A stretch of 61,063 nucleotides of DNA from Anaerolineae bacterium. GTDB taxonomy: Bacteria > Chloroflexota > Anaerolineae > JAADDB01. The translations under genes and the position numbers were made by a program. Under the pieces are notes generated by a model, which searched no databases, was not told the DNA's origin, and was given only the letters and a program-made list of their open reading frames with translations. Positions 1 to 9,854 of the stretch are shown piece by piece; within the stretch, counting starts at the first letter, position 1, and each line of letters begins with the position of its first letter. The DNA lies in the NCBI GenBank assembly GCA_015486845.1, contig WFQU01000049.1:1-61063 (forward strand), read 5' to 3'.

Positions 1-469
1 CTTGAAGAAGTTGAACTTCTGAAATAGGGCATCAGTGTTGATCGACGTTCTATTTTCCGGAGGAGAGGGTAGCCGAGGGCAATGCCCTCAGCCACCCTCC
101 AGAGAAGTTTATTTTCAGGGGAGAATCTGTCACTAATTTTTTGACTATTGTTTTTTATCTGCGTGCACAGCCTGCGTTGATCTGCGTCCCATTTTTATTT
201 TCAGGGGAGTTTGTCATTGCGAGGCCCGGCAGGGCCGTGGCAATCTTCCTCACTGGCGTTGGAGATTGCTTGACCCAAAAGAGGGTCATACTGTCGCTTC
301 GCTCGCAATGACACGACTGACTTGAAGGCGTTGTGTCAGCTATACTTAGGGGTGACCTCTCCCCTAAGCTGCGCTGCGCTTAGCTTTTTCCCCTCCCTGG
401 TACGGGGAGGGGAAGGCTTGTCACCCTTTTGGGCGGTAAGCCAGGGGAGAGGTCTTATTTTCAGGGGAG
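1..469. repeat. Mosaic intergenic repeat array (hairpin modules joined by TATTTTCARRGGAG)
   Basis: Junction motif at 51-65, 110-123, 196-209, 341-354 (degenerate) and 456-469; modules recur at about 24000-24075, 16642-16741, 32572-32828 and 60965-61035. Confidence 0.9.
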
Positions 470-474
470 ATAAC

Positions 475-1644
475 GTGGATCGAAGGATGGCGTGTAAACA
501 GTTTCTGCGCTGGCGCTGGCATATTTTCCGGACGAGAAAGAACGCGACGGGGGCGCTCCTTTGGTCGCTGCTACGCTATTTCCCATTCGTTTTGCTATGG
601 TTGCTCGTTGGTGACGCTGTTTTGGCCGTACCAGTTGGCCCGGCGCAGCCTATTCACAGTATTAACTCGAAAATCTGTATTCACACACGCCTTACCGACG
701 AAGTGGAACCGTGGAAAATCCGGCAGACGTTGCAATTGGCCGGCGAAATGGGTGCCCGGCAGGTGGTGGAATATTTTCCCTGGGCTTATGTGGAACGCTC
801 GCCGAGCCACGATGATTGGTCTCATGACGATCTGGTCATGCGACATATCCACGGCCAGGGCTTGAAGGTCATTGCTCGGCTGGGTTTAGTCCCTGGCTGG
901 GCACGCCCTCGGCAAAGCATCGATTCTTACATTGATGTCGATCACTACCAGGACTTCGCCGCGTACGCTGCCCGCTTTGCCGGACGTTACCACCATGACA
1001 TAGCTGCATTAGTGGTGTGGAACGAACCTAATTTGCGCCAAGAATGGGGCGGCCGTCCCCCTGACCCGGCCGCTTACACGGCTATGCTCTGCCAGGTCTA
1101 TAGCGCCGTTAAAGCTGTCGTTCCGGATATGATTGTTTTAGGCGGCGCACTGGCGCCGACCATTGCGCCGCCCGATAATGCCCAGGTGATGACGGATCTG
1201 ACCTATTTGCAAGCGCTATACGACGCCGGTGCCAACCATTGTTTCGACGGTTTAGCTGCCCACGCCTACGGTTGGACTGCACCGGCTGATGCGCCGGCAT
1301 CTCCAGACACCATTAATTTTCGCCGGGTCGAATTGCTACACCAGATCATGGCGGCGCATGGTGAGGGGGTAAAGCAGATCTGGATTACAGAGGGGGGGTG
1401 GAATGATCATCCCCGTTGGACAAAAGCCGTCCTGCCCGGCCAACGGATCGCTTATACTCTCACCGCTTACGATATTACCTGGCATGACTGGCCGTGGGCA
1501 GCTACTTTTTGTCCCTGGGTGCTGCGTTTTCCCCGGCCCACGTACACTTATCAGGATAATTTTACGTTTGTAGATGTCGATTTTACCCCTAAGCCTATTT
1601 ACTGGGACGTGCGAGCCTATGCCCACGGGGAGAAAGTGCCTTGA
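475..1644 (+). CDS. Secreted/membrane-anchored clan GH-A glycoside hydrolase (GH5/GH39-like)
   Basis: WNEPN acid/base and WITEGGW nucleophile motifs, hydrophobic N-terminal segment. ORF track starts at 322 inside the repeat; GTG 475 (after AGGGGAG) or ATG 487 is more plausible. Confidence 0.8.
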   Translation: MDRRMACKQFLRWRWHIFRTRKNATGALLWSLLRYFPFVLLWLLVGDAVLAVPVGPAQPIHSINSKICIHTRLTDEVEPWKIRQTLQLAGEMGARQVVEYFPWAYVERSPSHDDWSHDDLVMRHIHGQGLKVIARLGLVPGWARPRQSIDSYIDVDHYQDFAAYAARFAGRYHHDIAALVVWNEPNLRQEWGGRPPDPAAYTAMLCQVYSAVKAVVPDMIVLGGALAPTIAPPDNAQVMTDLTYLQALYDAGANHCFDGLAAHAYGWTAPADAPASPDTINFRRVELLHQIMAAHGEGVKQIWITEGGWNDHPRWTKAVLPGQRIAYTLTAYDITWHDWPWAATFCPWVLRFPRPTYTYQDNFTFVDVDFTPKPIYWDVRAYAHGEKVP

Positions 1645-2447
1645 GGTCATTGCTTTACCCCACGCGCGCACTTTGTTTGACTGGCTTGTTGATTCTTTGG
1701 ACACTTTGGTCCGTTGGCAGCACGGCGCTGCAGCGAATGCTCATCCCTGACCCTGTCTGGCAGCGGGTACAAACCAGCGGTGTTTGGCGGGTCGGACTGG
1801 ATCCTAGTTTTCCACCGTTGACCACTTTGAATACACAAGGGCAACCGGACGGCATCGAAGTCTGTTTAGCCCGCCAGTTGGCTGCCCAAATGGGCGTTCG
1901 TTTGCAGGTTGTCTCTCTCAGCTTTGACGCGCTTTACCCGGCTCTTTGGTCAGGACAAGTGGATAGCATCATCGGTGGACTTCCTTTTGATCCGTTGTTG
2001 ACCCGCGATGTACGTTATTCTCACGCTTATTTGGACGGTGGCTTGCTCATGGTCTGGCAGTCGACAAGGACACAGCCAGCGCGAAATCTGGCTGGGCAAC
2101 GCGTCGCAGTGGTATGGGGCGGTGATGGTGACCGTTATTTGCGCGAGGCCCAGCGCCGGGGAATGAAATTATCTCCGTTACGATTCCTCACACCGGCAGA
2201 GGCATTGCAAGCGCTGCGCGACGGGCAAGCGGATGTTGCCATCGTTAACGCTATCACGGTTTACTCGGATGCTACAGCGCACGGCGGCATTCGTTGGGCC
2301 TGGCCGCCGCTGCTTCCTCTCCCTTATCACATTGCCATGCCGGCCAAAGCGCATCGTTTGCAAAAGGCGATTAACGAAGCGCTACACCGCCTACCTGCCC
2401 GGGGGAAAAACAGCTTGCCCTGGCTCTGGTCGCATTGTAGCCCTTGA
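1641..2447 (+). CDS. Amino-acid ABC transporter substrate-binding protein (family 3)
   Basis: WRVGLDPSFPP, GIEVCLA, FDALY..L.SGQVD, ALQALRDGQAD motifs; overlaps upstream stop. Confidence 0.8.
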   Translation: MRSLLYPTRALCLTGLLILWTLWSVGSTALQRMLIPDPVWQRVQTSGVWRVGLDPSFPPLTTLNTQGQPDGIEVCLARQLAAQMGVRLQVVSLSFDALYPALWSGQVDSIIGGLPFDPLLTRDVRYSHAYLDGGLLMVWQSTRTQPARNLAGQRVAVVWGGDGDRYLREAQRRGMKLSPLRFLTPAEALQALRDGQADVAIVNAITVYSDATAHGGIRWAWPPLLPLPYHIAMPAKAHRLQKAINEALHRLPARGKNSLPWLWSHCSP

Positions 2448-2606
2448 AGTTGCTCAGCGTGCAATGAGGTTAATCGCTCACTCCTTATTACATTATACTA
2501 CCGCCTTTGGTCCAATATGTTGCACTTAGAATTGCCAAATAGGCTTCATTTCTCTTTTCTCCTGTTTAGAAATGTGCTAAAATGGCATAGTTTAAATCTT
2601 ATTTCG

Positions 2607-3275
2607 GTGGGCAAACTGAAAAGGAGAAGTATTATCGCCAAGAGAAAAGCTTCTCACGATTGGTTGTTGCTAATAGCGTTGTCCGGCAGTCTTGGGCTAT
2701 ATTGGTTGACCAATCAGTACGCCGCTTCGTGGGCCGGCGACAGCGCCTGGATTACATTGCAAGCCTGGGATCAAAAGGTTCCGCTTTGGCTGCCAGCGTT
2801 AATCGCCTACCAGTCTTTATTTTTCGTGGGCGTTGGCTTACTGCTCTGGCTGTGGTGGAAGCGGCGAAGATCGTTTCGGCGCTTGGCGCTCACGTGGATT
2901 ACGGACGCACTCATCAGCAATACCATTTTCTTTATTTTACCGACTAAAATGCTGCGTCCAACAATTCAGGCTACCGATTTTTGGACTTGCTGGTTGCAAC
3001 AAGTTTATGCGTATGATTTGCCCTTCAACGCTTTCCCAAGTTTGCACGTAAGTACGGCGTTGATCATGGGCTGGTTTTGGTGGCGTAATATTTCTAAGGT
3101 GTGGCTAAAGGTAATTGGTATCATGTGGGCTTTAGCGGTCATGGTCAGCACAATATTGGTCAAACAGCATTCACTTTTGGATGTCCTGGGCGGTTTGATA
3201 GTGGGCCTGGTAGCTATTTGGTCGGTCGATCGTTTTTTCAGCAAGGCAGAGCCTACTATTAGCTCAGCAGACTAA
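2607..3275 (+). CDS. PAP2-family membrane phosphatase/phosphotransferase
   Basis: NAFPSLHV and STILVKQHSLLDVLGG motifs, several TM helices; start uncertain (2517, 2607 or 2634). Confidence 0.8.
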   Translation: MGKLKRRSIIAKRKASHDWLLLIALSGSLGLYWLTNQYAASWAGDSAWITLQAWDQKVPLWLPALIAYQSLFFVGVGLLLWLWWKRRRSFRRLALTWITDALISNTIFFILPTKMLRPTIQATDFWTCWLQQVYAYDLPFNAFPSLHVSTALIMGWFWWRNISKVWLKVIGIMWALAVMVSTILVKQHSLLDVLGGLIVGLVAIWSVDRFFSKAEPTISSAD

Positions 3276-3311
3276 ACGCATAATTCTATGCGGTGAACAA
3301 AGGAGACAAAG

Positions 3312-4499
3312 ATGTCAGGAAAACCGGTTATCGTTAGCGCAGTACGAACGCCCATCGGTAAGTTCCGTGGGGCATTGAAAGATGTCGCGGCGGTGCAATT
3401 GGGCGCTGTGGCGATCAAAGCCGCTGTCGAGCGGGCCGGCATTGATCCGGTTACGGTGGACGAAGTCATCATGGGCAATGTGGTACAAGCCGGCTCCGGA
3501 CAGAACCCGGCCCGTCAAGCTTCAATTTACGGCGGCATCCCGCCTACAGTAGGCGCCCTGACTGTAAACAAGGTGTGCGGTTCTGGTCTGAAAGCGGTAA
3601 TGCTGGCGGCCCAGGCCATTAAAGCGGGAGATGGCAAAGTGTACGTAGCCGGCGGTATGGAAAGCATGGATAGCGCACCATACCTTTTGTACAAAGCGCG
3701 CTTTGGTTACCGGTTGGGGGATGATAAAATCGTGGACAGTGTGGTTCATGACGGGCTCTGGTGTCCTTTTGAAGATCAACACATGGGCATCTCGGCGGAA
3801 TGGATTGCCCAGGCGTATCACATAACCCGGGAAGACCAAGATGCTTTTTCCTATGAGAGCCATCGCCGGGCCCTTGCTGCTATGGACAATGGCGAGTTCG
3901 ACGCCGAAACCGTGCCGGTGATGGTGCCGCAGCGCAAAGGCGGTTCGTTTCGCTTCGATAAAGACGAGGCGCCTCGCCGGGATACCAGCCTGGAAGCGTT
4001 AGCCCGGTTGCGTCCTGCTTTCCAAAAAGGTGGTAGTGTAACCGCCGGCAATGCGCCTGGCATCACCGACGGTGCCTCAGCATTGGTAGTCATGGATGAA
4101 GAAGAAGCGGTGGCTTTGGGGTTACAGCCTCTGGCGCGCATTACTGCTTATGCCCAGGCAGCCGTCAAACCGTTGGAGATTTTCACGGCGCCGATTTTCG
4201 CTTTTCGCAATTTACTACAGAAATTGGGGCTTAACGATATCAAAACGTTGGACTTGCTGGAAATAAACGAAGCGTTTGCTGCCCAAATGCTTGCTGACGG
4301 CCGGACGTTAGGCGTGGACTGGGCACGGGTTAATGTTAACGGCGGTGCCATCGCTTTGGGCCACCCTATTGGCGCTAGCGGGGCGCGTGTTTTGACAACG
4401 TTGCTTTACGCACTGCGAAATCGCGGTCTGCGAACTGGCGCAGCAGGGCTCTGCCTCGGCGGTGGGGAAGCGGTTGCCTTAGCCGTCGAGATGATTTAG
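3312..4499 (+). CDS. atoB: Acetyl-CoA C-acetyltransferase (thiolase)
   Basis: NKVCGSG, EINEAFA, GHPIGASG and CLGGG thiolase motifs; AAGGAG SD. Confidence 0.93.
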   Translation: MSGKPVIVSAVRTPIGKFRGALKDVAAVQLGAVAIKAAVERAGIDPVTVDEVIMGNVVQAGSGQNPARQASIYGGIPPTVGALTVNKVCGSGLKAVMLAAQAIKAGDGKVYVAGGMESMDSAPYLLYKARFGYRLGDDKIVDSVVHDGLWCPFEDQHMGISAEWIAQAYHITREDQDAFSYESHRRALAAMDNGEFDAETVPVMVPQRKGGSFRFDKDEAPRRDTSLEALARLRPAFQKGGSVTAGNAPGITDGASALVVMDEEEAVALGLQPLARITAYAQAAVKPLEIFTAPIFAFRNLLQKLGLNDIKTLDLLEINEAFAAQMLADGRTLGVDWARVNVNGGAIALGHPIGASGARVLTTLLYALRNRGLRTGAAGLCLGGGEAVALAVEMI

Positions 4500-4500
4500 G

Positions 4501-4524
4501 CTATTTGAGAAGTTGAACTTCTCA
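4501..4524. repeat. Single AGAAGTTGAACTTCT palindrome with degenerate junction motif
   Basis: CTATT-TGAGAAGTT-G-AACTTCTCA in the 45-bp thiolase-FabG gap; half of the double palindrome at 30446, 32473 and 43613. Confidence 0.75.
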
Positions 4525-4544
4525 TCGGGAAAAGGAGCTGGATA

Positions 4545-5285
4545 ATGCGATTAAAAGATCGTGTGGCCATGGTAACCGGTGCCGGCCGTGGTATCGGTCG
4601 ACAAACCGCTCTCACTTTCGCCCGTGAGGGCGCTAAACTGGTGATTGCAGATATCGATACGGCCAGTGGCGAGCAGACTGCCGCAAAGATTCGGGAAAGT
4701 GGCAGTGAGGCTATTTTCGTGCACATCGACGTGGCTGACGAGGCCAGCGTGAATGCTGCCGTAACGCAAGTTGTGGCACAATTCGGCCGTATCGATGTCT
4801 TGGTAAATAATGCCGGCGTGCTGCGAGACGCCAAATTGGTGAAAATGAGCGATGCCGATTTCGATTTCGTCATTAGCGTGAACATGAAAGGCGTTTTCCA
4901 TTGCAGCCGCGCCGTGGCACCGCTGATGATCGAGCGGGGGTACGGCGTGATTTTGAATGCTTCTTCGGTAGTGGCATTGTACGGGAATTATGGGCAAAGC
5001 AGTTATGTGGCCAGCAAAAGCGGCGTTATCGGGATGACCAAAGTCTGGGCGCGTGAATTGGGGCCGAAAGGTGTGCGCGTCAATGCAGTGGCTCCGGGGT
5101 TTATACAAACGGAGATGTTGGCGGCTGTTCCGGAAAAAGTGCTAAACATGATGCGGCAGAAGACACCGTTGCGTCGCTTAGGGCGGGCGCAAGATATCGC
5201 CAACGCCTATCTCTTTTTGGCTTCGGCTGAGGCGAGCTTTATCACGGGCCACGTGCTCAGTGTCGATGGTGGGGTGATCACATAA
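4545..5285 (+). CDS. fabG: 3-oxoacyl-ACP / acetoacetyl-CoA reductase (SDR)
   Basis: TGAGRGIG, NNAG, YVASK, NAVAPGFI motifs. Confidence 0.88.
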   Translation: MRLKDRVAMVTGAGRGIGRQTALTFAREGAKLVIADIDTASGEQTAAKIRESGSEAIFVHIDVADEASVNAAVTQVVAQFGRIDVLVNNAGVLRDAKLVKMSDADFDFVISVNMKGVFHCSRAVAPLMIERGYGVILNASSVVALYGNYGQSSYVASKSGVIGMTKVWARELGPKGVRVNAVAPGFIQTEMLAAVPEKVLNMMRQKTPLRRLGRAQDIANAYLFLASAEASFITGHVLSVDGGVIT

Positions 5286-5303
5286 ACATCGGGGGATCAT
5301 GAT

Positions 5304-6356
5304 ATGGGAAAAGGGTTGAGCTTTTCCGAAATTGAATCTATGCGCGCTGGCGCTCGTACCGCCGTGCACGTTTGTATGAATATCAAAGCGCAAGATCGGG
5401 TGCTATTCATCTGCGATGAAGAAACGACGCCCATTGCCCGGTTGCTGGTGGAAGAAGCGGCTAATCAAGGTGCCTGTGTGGAGTGTGCTTATTTGGAAAA
5501 GTACGGCCGCCGGCCGATTACCAGATTCCCGGTTGCATTGCGAGCGCGGTTACAATCTTTCCACCCAACGGTGACTTTTTACACGGCGCAAGCCGTGCCG
5601 GGGGAGGTGCCATTGCGCATTGCCTTGCACCGGTTCTTGAGCGAGTCTTTGGCGGCGCGCCACGCTCATATGATTGGGATCACGCCGGCATTGTTGCGGG
5701 AAGGAATGGCTGTAGACTACTACAAAGTGGCCGAAGTGACGGCTATGGTTTACGAACAAGCCCGCAGCACCCGTGAGGCACACGTTATTTCTCCCTTGGG
5801 CACAGATTTAACGGCGCGCTTTGCTCCGGATCGGCATTGGGTGAAAGCGGACGGCCTTTACCATCAACCTGGGCAATGGGGCAATTTGCCCGATGGCGAG
5901 GTCTTCACGGCGCCGCTGGATGTCAACGGCGTTATTGCGGCCGAAGTGTTGGGTGATTTTTTCAGCCGTAAGTACGGCGTTTTGCAGAAGCCGGTCCTGT
6001 TCCGCATTGAGAACGGGCTGGTGGTGAGAATTGACAACGCTGGCCGAACGTTGCGCCACGAATTAGAAGCGTATTTGTGGAGTAACGAGTATAGCAATCG
6101 TGTCGGCGAATTTGCCATCGGCACGAATATCGGGTTGAAACGGTTGTGCGGAAATATGCTGCAGGATGAGAAATTCCCCGGCGCGCATATTGCTTTTGGC
6201 AACCCGTACTCGGAACAGACCGGTGCCGGCTGGTCGGCGCAGACGCACATGGACGCGGTAACTACTGGTTGTACCATCACATTGGATGACGAAGTAATTA
6301 TGCGAGATGGTCATTTTGATTACGACGTATTGGGTTCTCGTTTGTCATACGCTTGA
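5304..6356 (+). CDS. M29-family aminopeptidase
   Basis: NLPDGEVFTAP, GEFAIGTN, DEK..GAHIAFG, THMD motifs. Confidence 0.87.
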   Translation: MGKGLSFSEIESMRAGARTAVHVCMNIKAQDRVLFICDEETTPIARLLVEEAANQGACVECAYLEKYGRRPITRFPVALRARLQSFHPTVTFYTAQAVPGEVPLRIALHRFLSESLAARHAHMIGITPALLREGMAVDYYKVAEVTAMVYEQARSTREAHVISPLGTDLTARFAPDRHWVKADGLYHQPGQWGNLPDGEVFTAPLDVNGVIAAEVLGDFFSRKYGVLQKPVLFRIENGLVVRIDNAGRTLRHELEAYLWSNEYSNRVGEFAIGTNIGLKRLCGNMLQDEKFPGAHIAFGNPYSEQTGAGWSAQTHMDAVTTGCTITLDDEVIMRDGHFDYDVLGSRLSYA

Positions 6357-6419
6357 ACCATGGGCGGGGCAGCTATTCATGATTGTACCGGTAAGTGTGC
6401 TAATAATGCAAGGATGGTT

Positions 6420-6692
6420 TTACTGAAAAAATCTTTACCGCCGAGAACACAAAGTGCGCAGAGAGAAAGACAATGGGGCCGCAACTGGATTTTGCCTTTG
6501 CAATCGCAACTGCTAAGCCCAGGGCGGATGGAACGCGGATTGCGTGCAGATAAATCAGAAAAGAGCAGCGGAAATCAGCGCGTATCAACGTCATCTGCGT
6601 CCTATTGTTGGGAAAGATGGGCAATCATTTGAAATCTTTGCATTTTCTCTGCGTTCTCGGCGGACTCTGCGCTAAAAGAGCTTTTTCAGGGG
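6420..6692. repeat. Intergenic repeat block bounded by inverted CTGAAAAA...TTTTTCAG
   Basis: Inverted ends, CGCAGAG/CTCTGCG and GCAGAT/ATCTGC arms; inner part resembles 22295-22385 and 54340-54445. Confidence 0.7.
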
Positions 6693-6707
6693 ACGCAAGG
6701 ATTTCTT

Positions 6708-7544
6708 ATGCCGTTTGTTGAACATCAAGGGTGTCGTCTATTTTACCGAGATCAGGGTCAGGGGCCGGAAACAATTCTCTTCTTGCACAGTAATTTCGCC
6801 AGCGGGCGTTGGTGGGAACCGGTCGCGTCGTTCTTGGCCGGGCCATATCGACGCTTGATTCCTGATTTGCGCGGGCACGGACAGAGCTGCCGGCCAGAAA
6901 CGGGCTATGATGTGCCCAGCCAAGCCGGTGATTTGGCCGGCGTTATTGGCGCGGCCGCTCCGGAGGTGTTACACTTGGTGGCGCATGGTTTCGGCGCAGC
7001 TGTGGCGCTGGAGTACGCTGTAACCCACCCCGGCCGGTTGCGTTCGTTGACTTTGGTGGCGCCGGCGCCGGCCGAAGGCGTGAAAACGCCGCCGGAAGCA
7101 TTAGCCGTTTTCCAGGCTATGCGCGAGGATCGTAATTTGTTGTTGCGGGCACTGAGCAGTATGATGCCGTCATTGCCCCCGGGTAACTTGATGCAGGCGT
7201 TGGTGGATGAAACGCAGACCATGGCCCCGGCCGCGTTCATTGCGGACGCCCAGGCGCTTTCGCTCTGGCATGTGCAGGATCGACTGCGTTCGTTTCGAGT
7301 TCCCACACTGATCGTGTGGGGCGATTTAGATGTAATGGTTTCTTACCAAGAGGCGGAACGCACTATGCTGGATATTCCTGGCGCGACGTTAGAAGTGCTG
7401 CAGAATGCCGGGCATGTGCCATTTCTGGAAAAGCCGGAACCGTTCGTGAATATATTGCTGGCCTTCCTTGGGGAAGATTTCGATCACTACGAGGAAATCC
7501 GGCAGGTCGACGAAGACGAACCGCCGGTTATGCTAAATCTTTGA
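6708..7544 (+). CDS. Alpha/beta-fold hydrolase-like protein (nucleophile Ser absent)
   Basis: PDLRGHGQS, VPTLIVWGDLD and AGHVPF present; nucleophile elbow reads AHGFGA. Confidence 0.85.
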   Translation: MPFVEHQGCRLFYRDQGQGPETILFLHSNFASGRWWEPVASFLAGPYRRLIPDLRGHGQSCRPETGYDVPSQAGDLAGVIGAAAPEVLHLVAHGFGAAVALEYAVTHPGRLRSLTLVAPAPAEGVKTPPEALAVFQAMREDRNLLLRALSSMMPSLPPGNLMQALVDETQTMAPAAFIADAQALSLWHVQDRLRSFRVPTLIVWGDLDVMVSYQEAERTMLDIPGATLEVLQNAGHVPFLEKPEPFVNILLAFLGEDFDHYEEIRQVDEDEPPVMLNL

Positions 7545-7556
7545 GGATGTGTAGCT

Positions 7557-7766
7557 ATGCCTGTTTGTCCGAAATGCAACACTTGGAACCCTGATGATCG
7601 TACTGTTTGCTGGCGTTGTGGCGCCGAACTGCCTCGGCCGGAAGAAAAAAAGAAGAAGCGTTCCTTTTCCCTTTTTGGCTTGCCGGCCTGGACCTGGCTT
7701 GCCTTGATTTTCCTTTTAGCTATTTCTTGCTTGGGCCCCTATATTGCGATGCTTTTGCAGCGATGA
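7557..7766 (+). CDS. Small zinc-ribbon membrane protein
   Basis: CPKC...CWRCG, Lys-rich linker, C-terminal TM helix; ATGA overlap with mutY. Confidence 0.75.
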   Translation: MPVCPKCNTWNPDDRTVCWRCGAELPRPEEKKKKRSFSLFGLPAWTWLALIFLLAISCLGPYIAMLLQR

Positions 7767-8860
7767 GTGTCGAGATTTCCCGACGATTACTGACCTGGTT
7801 CGCCGCCAATGGGCGTGATTTGCCTTGGCGGCATGAACGGACGCCTTATCGAGTCGCCGTGGCGGAATTCATGTTGCAACAAACGCAGGTTCGGCAGGTC
7901 ATCCCTTATTATCAACGCTGGCTGCAACGGTTTCCTTCTTGGGTAACTTTGGCTGTTGCGCCGCTGGACGATGTCTTGAAGCTTTGGGAGGGGTTAGGCT
8001 ATTACAGCCGGGCGCGCCGGCTGCATCAGTTGGCGCAAATCGTTGTGGCGGATTACGGCGGCCAACTGCCAAGTCAGGAAAAAACGCTATTGGCGTTGCC
8101 CGGTATTGGTCGTTATACGGCTGGTGCGATTTTGAGCCTGGCATTCGGTCAGGATATGCCGTTGCTGGACGGCAATGTGCGCCGGGTGTTAGCCCGGCTT
8201 TACGCCTGGGGCGGCGATCCGAACAGCCGGGAAGGGGAGCGCTGGCTTTGGGCACAGAGCCGGGCGCTGCTTCCTTCGGGACAGGCCGGTGCTATGAACG
8301 AAGCGTTGATGGATTTGGGCGCAATGATTTGCACACCGCGGGGCCCCCGTTGTGACCTTTGCCCGCTGGCTGCCTACTGCCTGGCGTTTACATCTGGCCG
8401 GCCGGAAGCTTTTCCCTCCTCGTCGCTAAAGCCGCCATTGCCGCACCATCAAATTGTAGCCGCCGTTTGGCAAGACACAGCCGGCCGCTTTTTGCTGGCC
8501 AAGCGCCCGTTGCCTGGCCTCTTGGCCAGTCTATGGGAATTTCCCAGCATCGATTGCGGTGCCGAACCGGCGTATCCCCCGGATGCCTGTTTGCAAAAAT
8601 GGCTGGCTACAGAGATGGGGTGGGGGAGGACGCTCATCGGCGCGGCGCTGCCGCCTTTGCGGCACGCGTACACCCATTTTCGGCTAACGTTGTACCCGTT
8701 TTACGTTTCCCTACCTGCCAAAACAGACATGCTAAATAGTTTACTGAAAACTTATCCGGCCTGGCGCTGGGCAACCCCGACGCAAGCCAGGCAAGGGCTG
8801 GCAATGACCGGTGTTTCCGGACGTTTGCTGGCCCAATTGGTGCGGGAAGGATCGATTTGA
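7763..8860 (+). CDS. mutY: A/G-specific adenine glycosylase
   Basis: RDLPWR, EFMLQQTQV, WEGLGYYSRA, HhH LPGIGRYTA, DGNV, CX6CX2CX5C, NUDIX-like C-terminus; start moved to ATG 7763. Confidence 0.95.
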   Translation: MSVEISRRLLTWFAANGRDLPWRHERTPYRVAVAEFMLQQTQVRQVIPYYQRWLQRFPSWVTLAVAPLDDVLKLWEGLGYYSRARRLHQLAQIVVADYGGQLPSQEKTLLALPGIGRYTAGAILSLAFGQDMPLLDGNVRRVLARLYAWGGDPNSREGERWLWAQSRALLPSGQAGAMNEALMDLGAMICTPRGPRCDLCPLAAYCLAFTSGRPEAFPSSSLKPPLPHHQIVAAVWQDTAGRFLLAKRPLPGLLASLWEFPSIDCGAEPAYPPDACLQKWLATEMGWGRTLIGAALPPLRHAYTHFRLTLYPFYVSLPAKTDMLNSLLKTYPAWRWATPTQARQGLAMTGVSGRLLAQLVREGSI

Positions 8861-9846
8861 TGCGTGGGATTGTGCTAGTGACAGGTGCAAATGGTTTTTT
8901 GGGCAGCAATTTGGTGGCTGCTTTGGCCAATCGTGGCGCAGCCGTGCGTGCTTTGCATCGGTCTACTTCGGACTTGCGGGCGTTAGCCGGGTTGCGCTAC
9001 GAAGACGCGGTGGGCGATGTGTTGGATGAGACCAGTTTACGCGCTGCCATGGCCGGCTGCGATCTTGTCTTCCACGTGGCAGCCGTGGCGGATTATTGGC
9101 GGACGCCGGTGGAACGACTTTATCGCGTCAATGTGGAGGGCACCCGGAACGTGGTTCGTGCGGCAGTGGCTGCCGGTGTTCGGCGCGTTGTGCTTACGAG
9201 CTCTGTTGCTTCGTTGGGCGTTCCGCCCCGAGGGGAATTGCTGAATGAGCGAAGCCAGTTCAACTTGCCGCCGGAACATTTCCCGTACGGGCACAGCAAA
9301 GCAGAGGCGGAACAAGTGGCTCGCACCGAAGCTGGCGACGCGCTGGAACTAATCATTGTTAATCCGGCTGTGATCTTGGGCCCCCGCGATTTGCATTTCA
9401 TCTCCGGTAGCATCATCAAAGAAGTTTACCAACATCGAGTGCCCATTTGCCCGCCTGGCGGCACTAATTATATTTCGGTGAATAGTGTGGTAGCCGGTGA
9501 ACTGGCCGCGGCAGAAAAAGGACGTCCCGGCCAACGTTATATTCTCGGCGGCGTGAATTTGTCCCATGTCAAGGCGTTTTTGACTGTGGCTCGATTGTTG
9601 CACGTGCCGTTCACGTGCCGCCATGTGCCCGGTTGGACGCTGCCGCTGTTGGCCCGGTTAGTCGATCTCTACAATTGGCTGGGCCTTGGACCACGGCTGG
9701 TGGACGGCAATCAGGTACGCCTTTCCGGACAAGAAATTTACGTGGACACCAGCCTGGCCCGGCACGAATTGGGCCTGCCACCTACCGATTTCGAGGCCAC
9801 CATCATCGCAACGTTCCGTTGGTATCGGCAGGAAGGATTGTTATAG
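8857..9846 (+). CDS. NAD-dependent epimerase/dehydratase (HpnA/dihydroflavonol-reductase-like)
   Basis: TGANGFLG, FHVAA, YGHSK, GQRYILGG. Confidence 0.88.
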   Translation: MMRGIVLVTGANGFLGSNLVAALANRGAAVRALHRSTSDLRALAGLRYEDAVGDVLDETSLRAAMAGCDLVFHVAAVADYWRTPVERLYRVNVEGTRNVVRAAVAAGVRRVVLTSSVASLGVPPRGELLNERSQFNLPPEHFPYGHSKAEAEQVARTEAGDALELIIVNPAVILGPRDLHFISGSIIKEVYQHRVPICPPGGTNYISVNSVVAGELAAAEKGRPGQRYILGGVNLSHVKAFLTVARLLHVPFTCRHVPGWTLPLLARLVDLYNWLGLGPRLVDGNQVRLSGQEIYVDTSLARHELGLPPTDFEATIIATFRWYRQEGLL

Positions 9847-9854
9847 AATTCCAA

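Noticed and set aside
322-474. N-terminal extension of the glycoside hydrolase ORF
   Set aside because: It is translated repeat sequence; the same DNA recurs at about 32687-32828
3312-5285. phaA-phaB polyhydroxyalkanoate operon
   Set aside because: No PHA synthase in the window; a thiolase plus SDR pair is not specific
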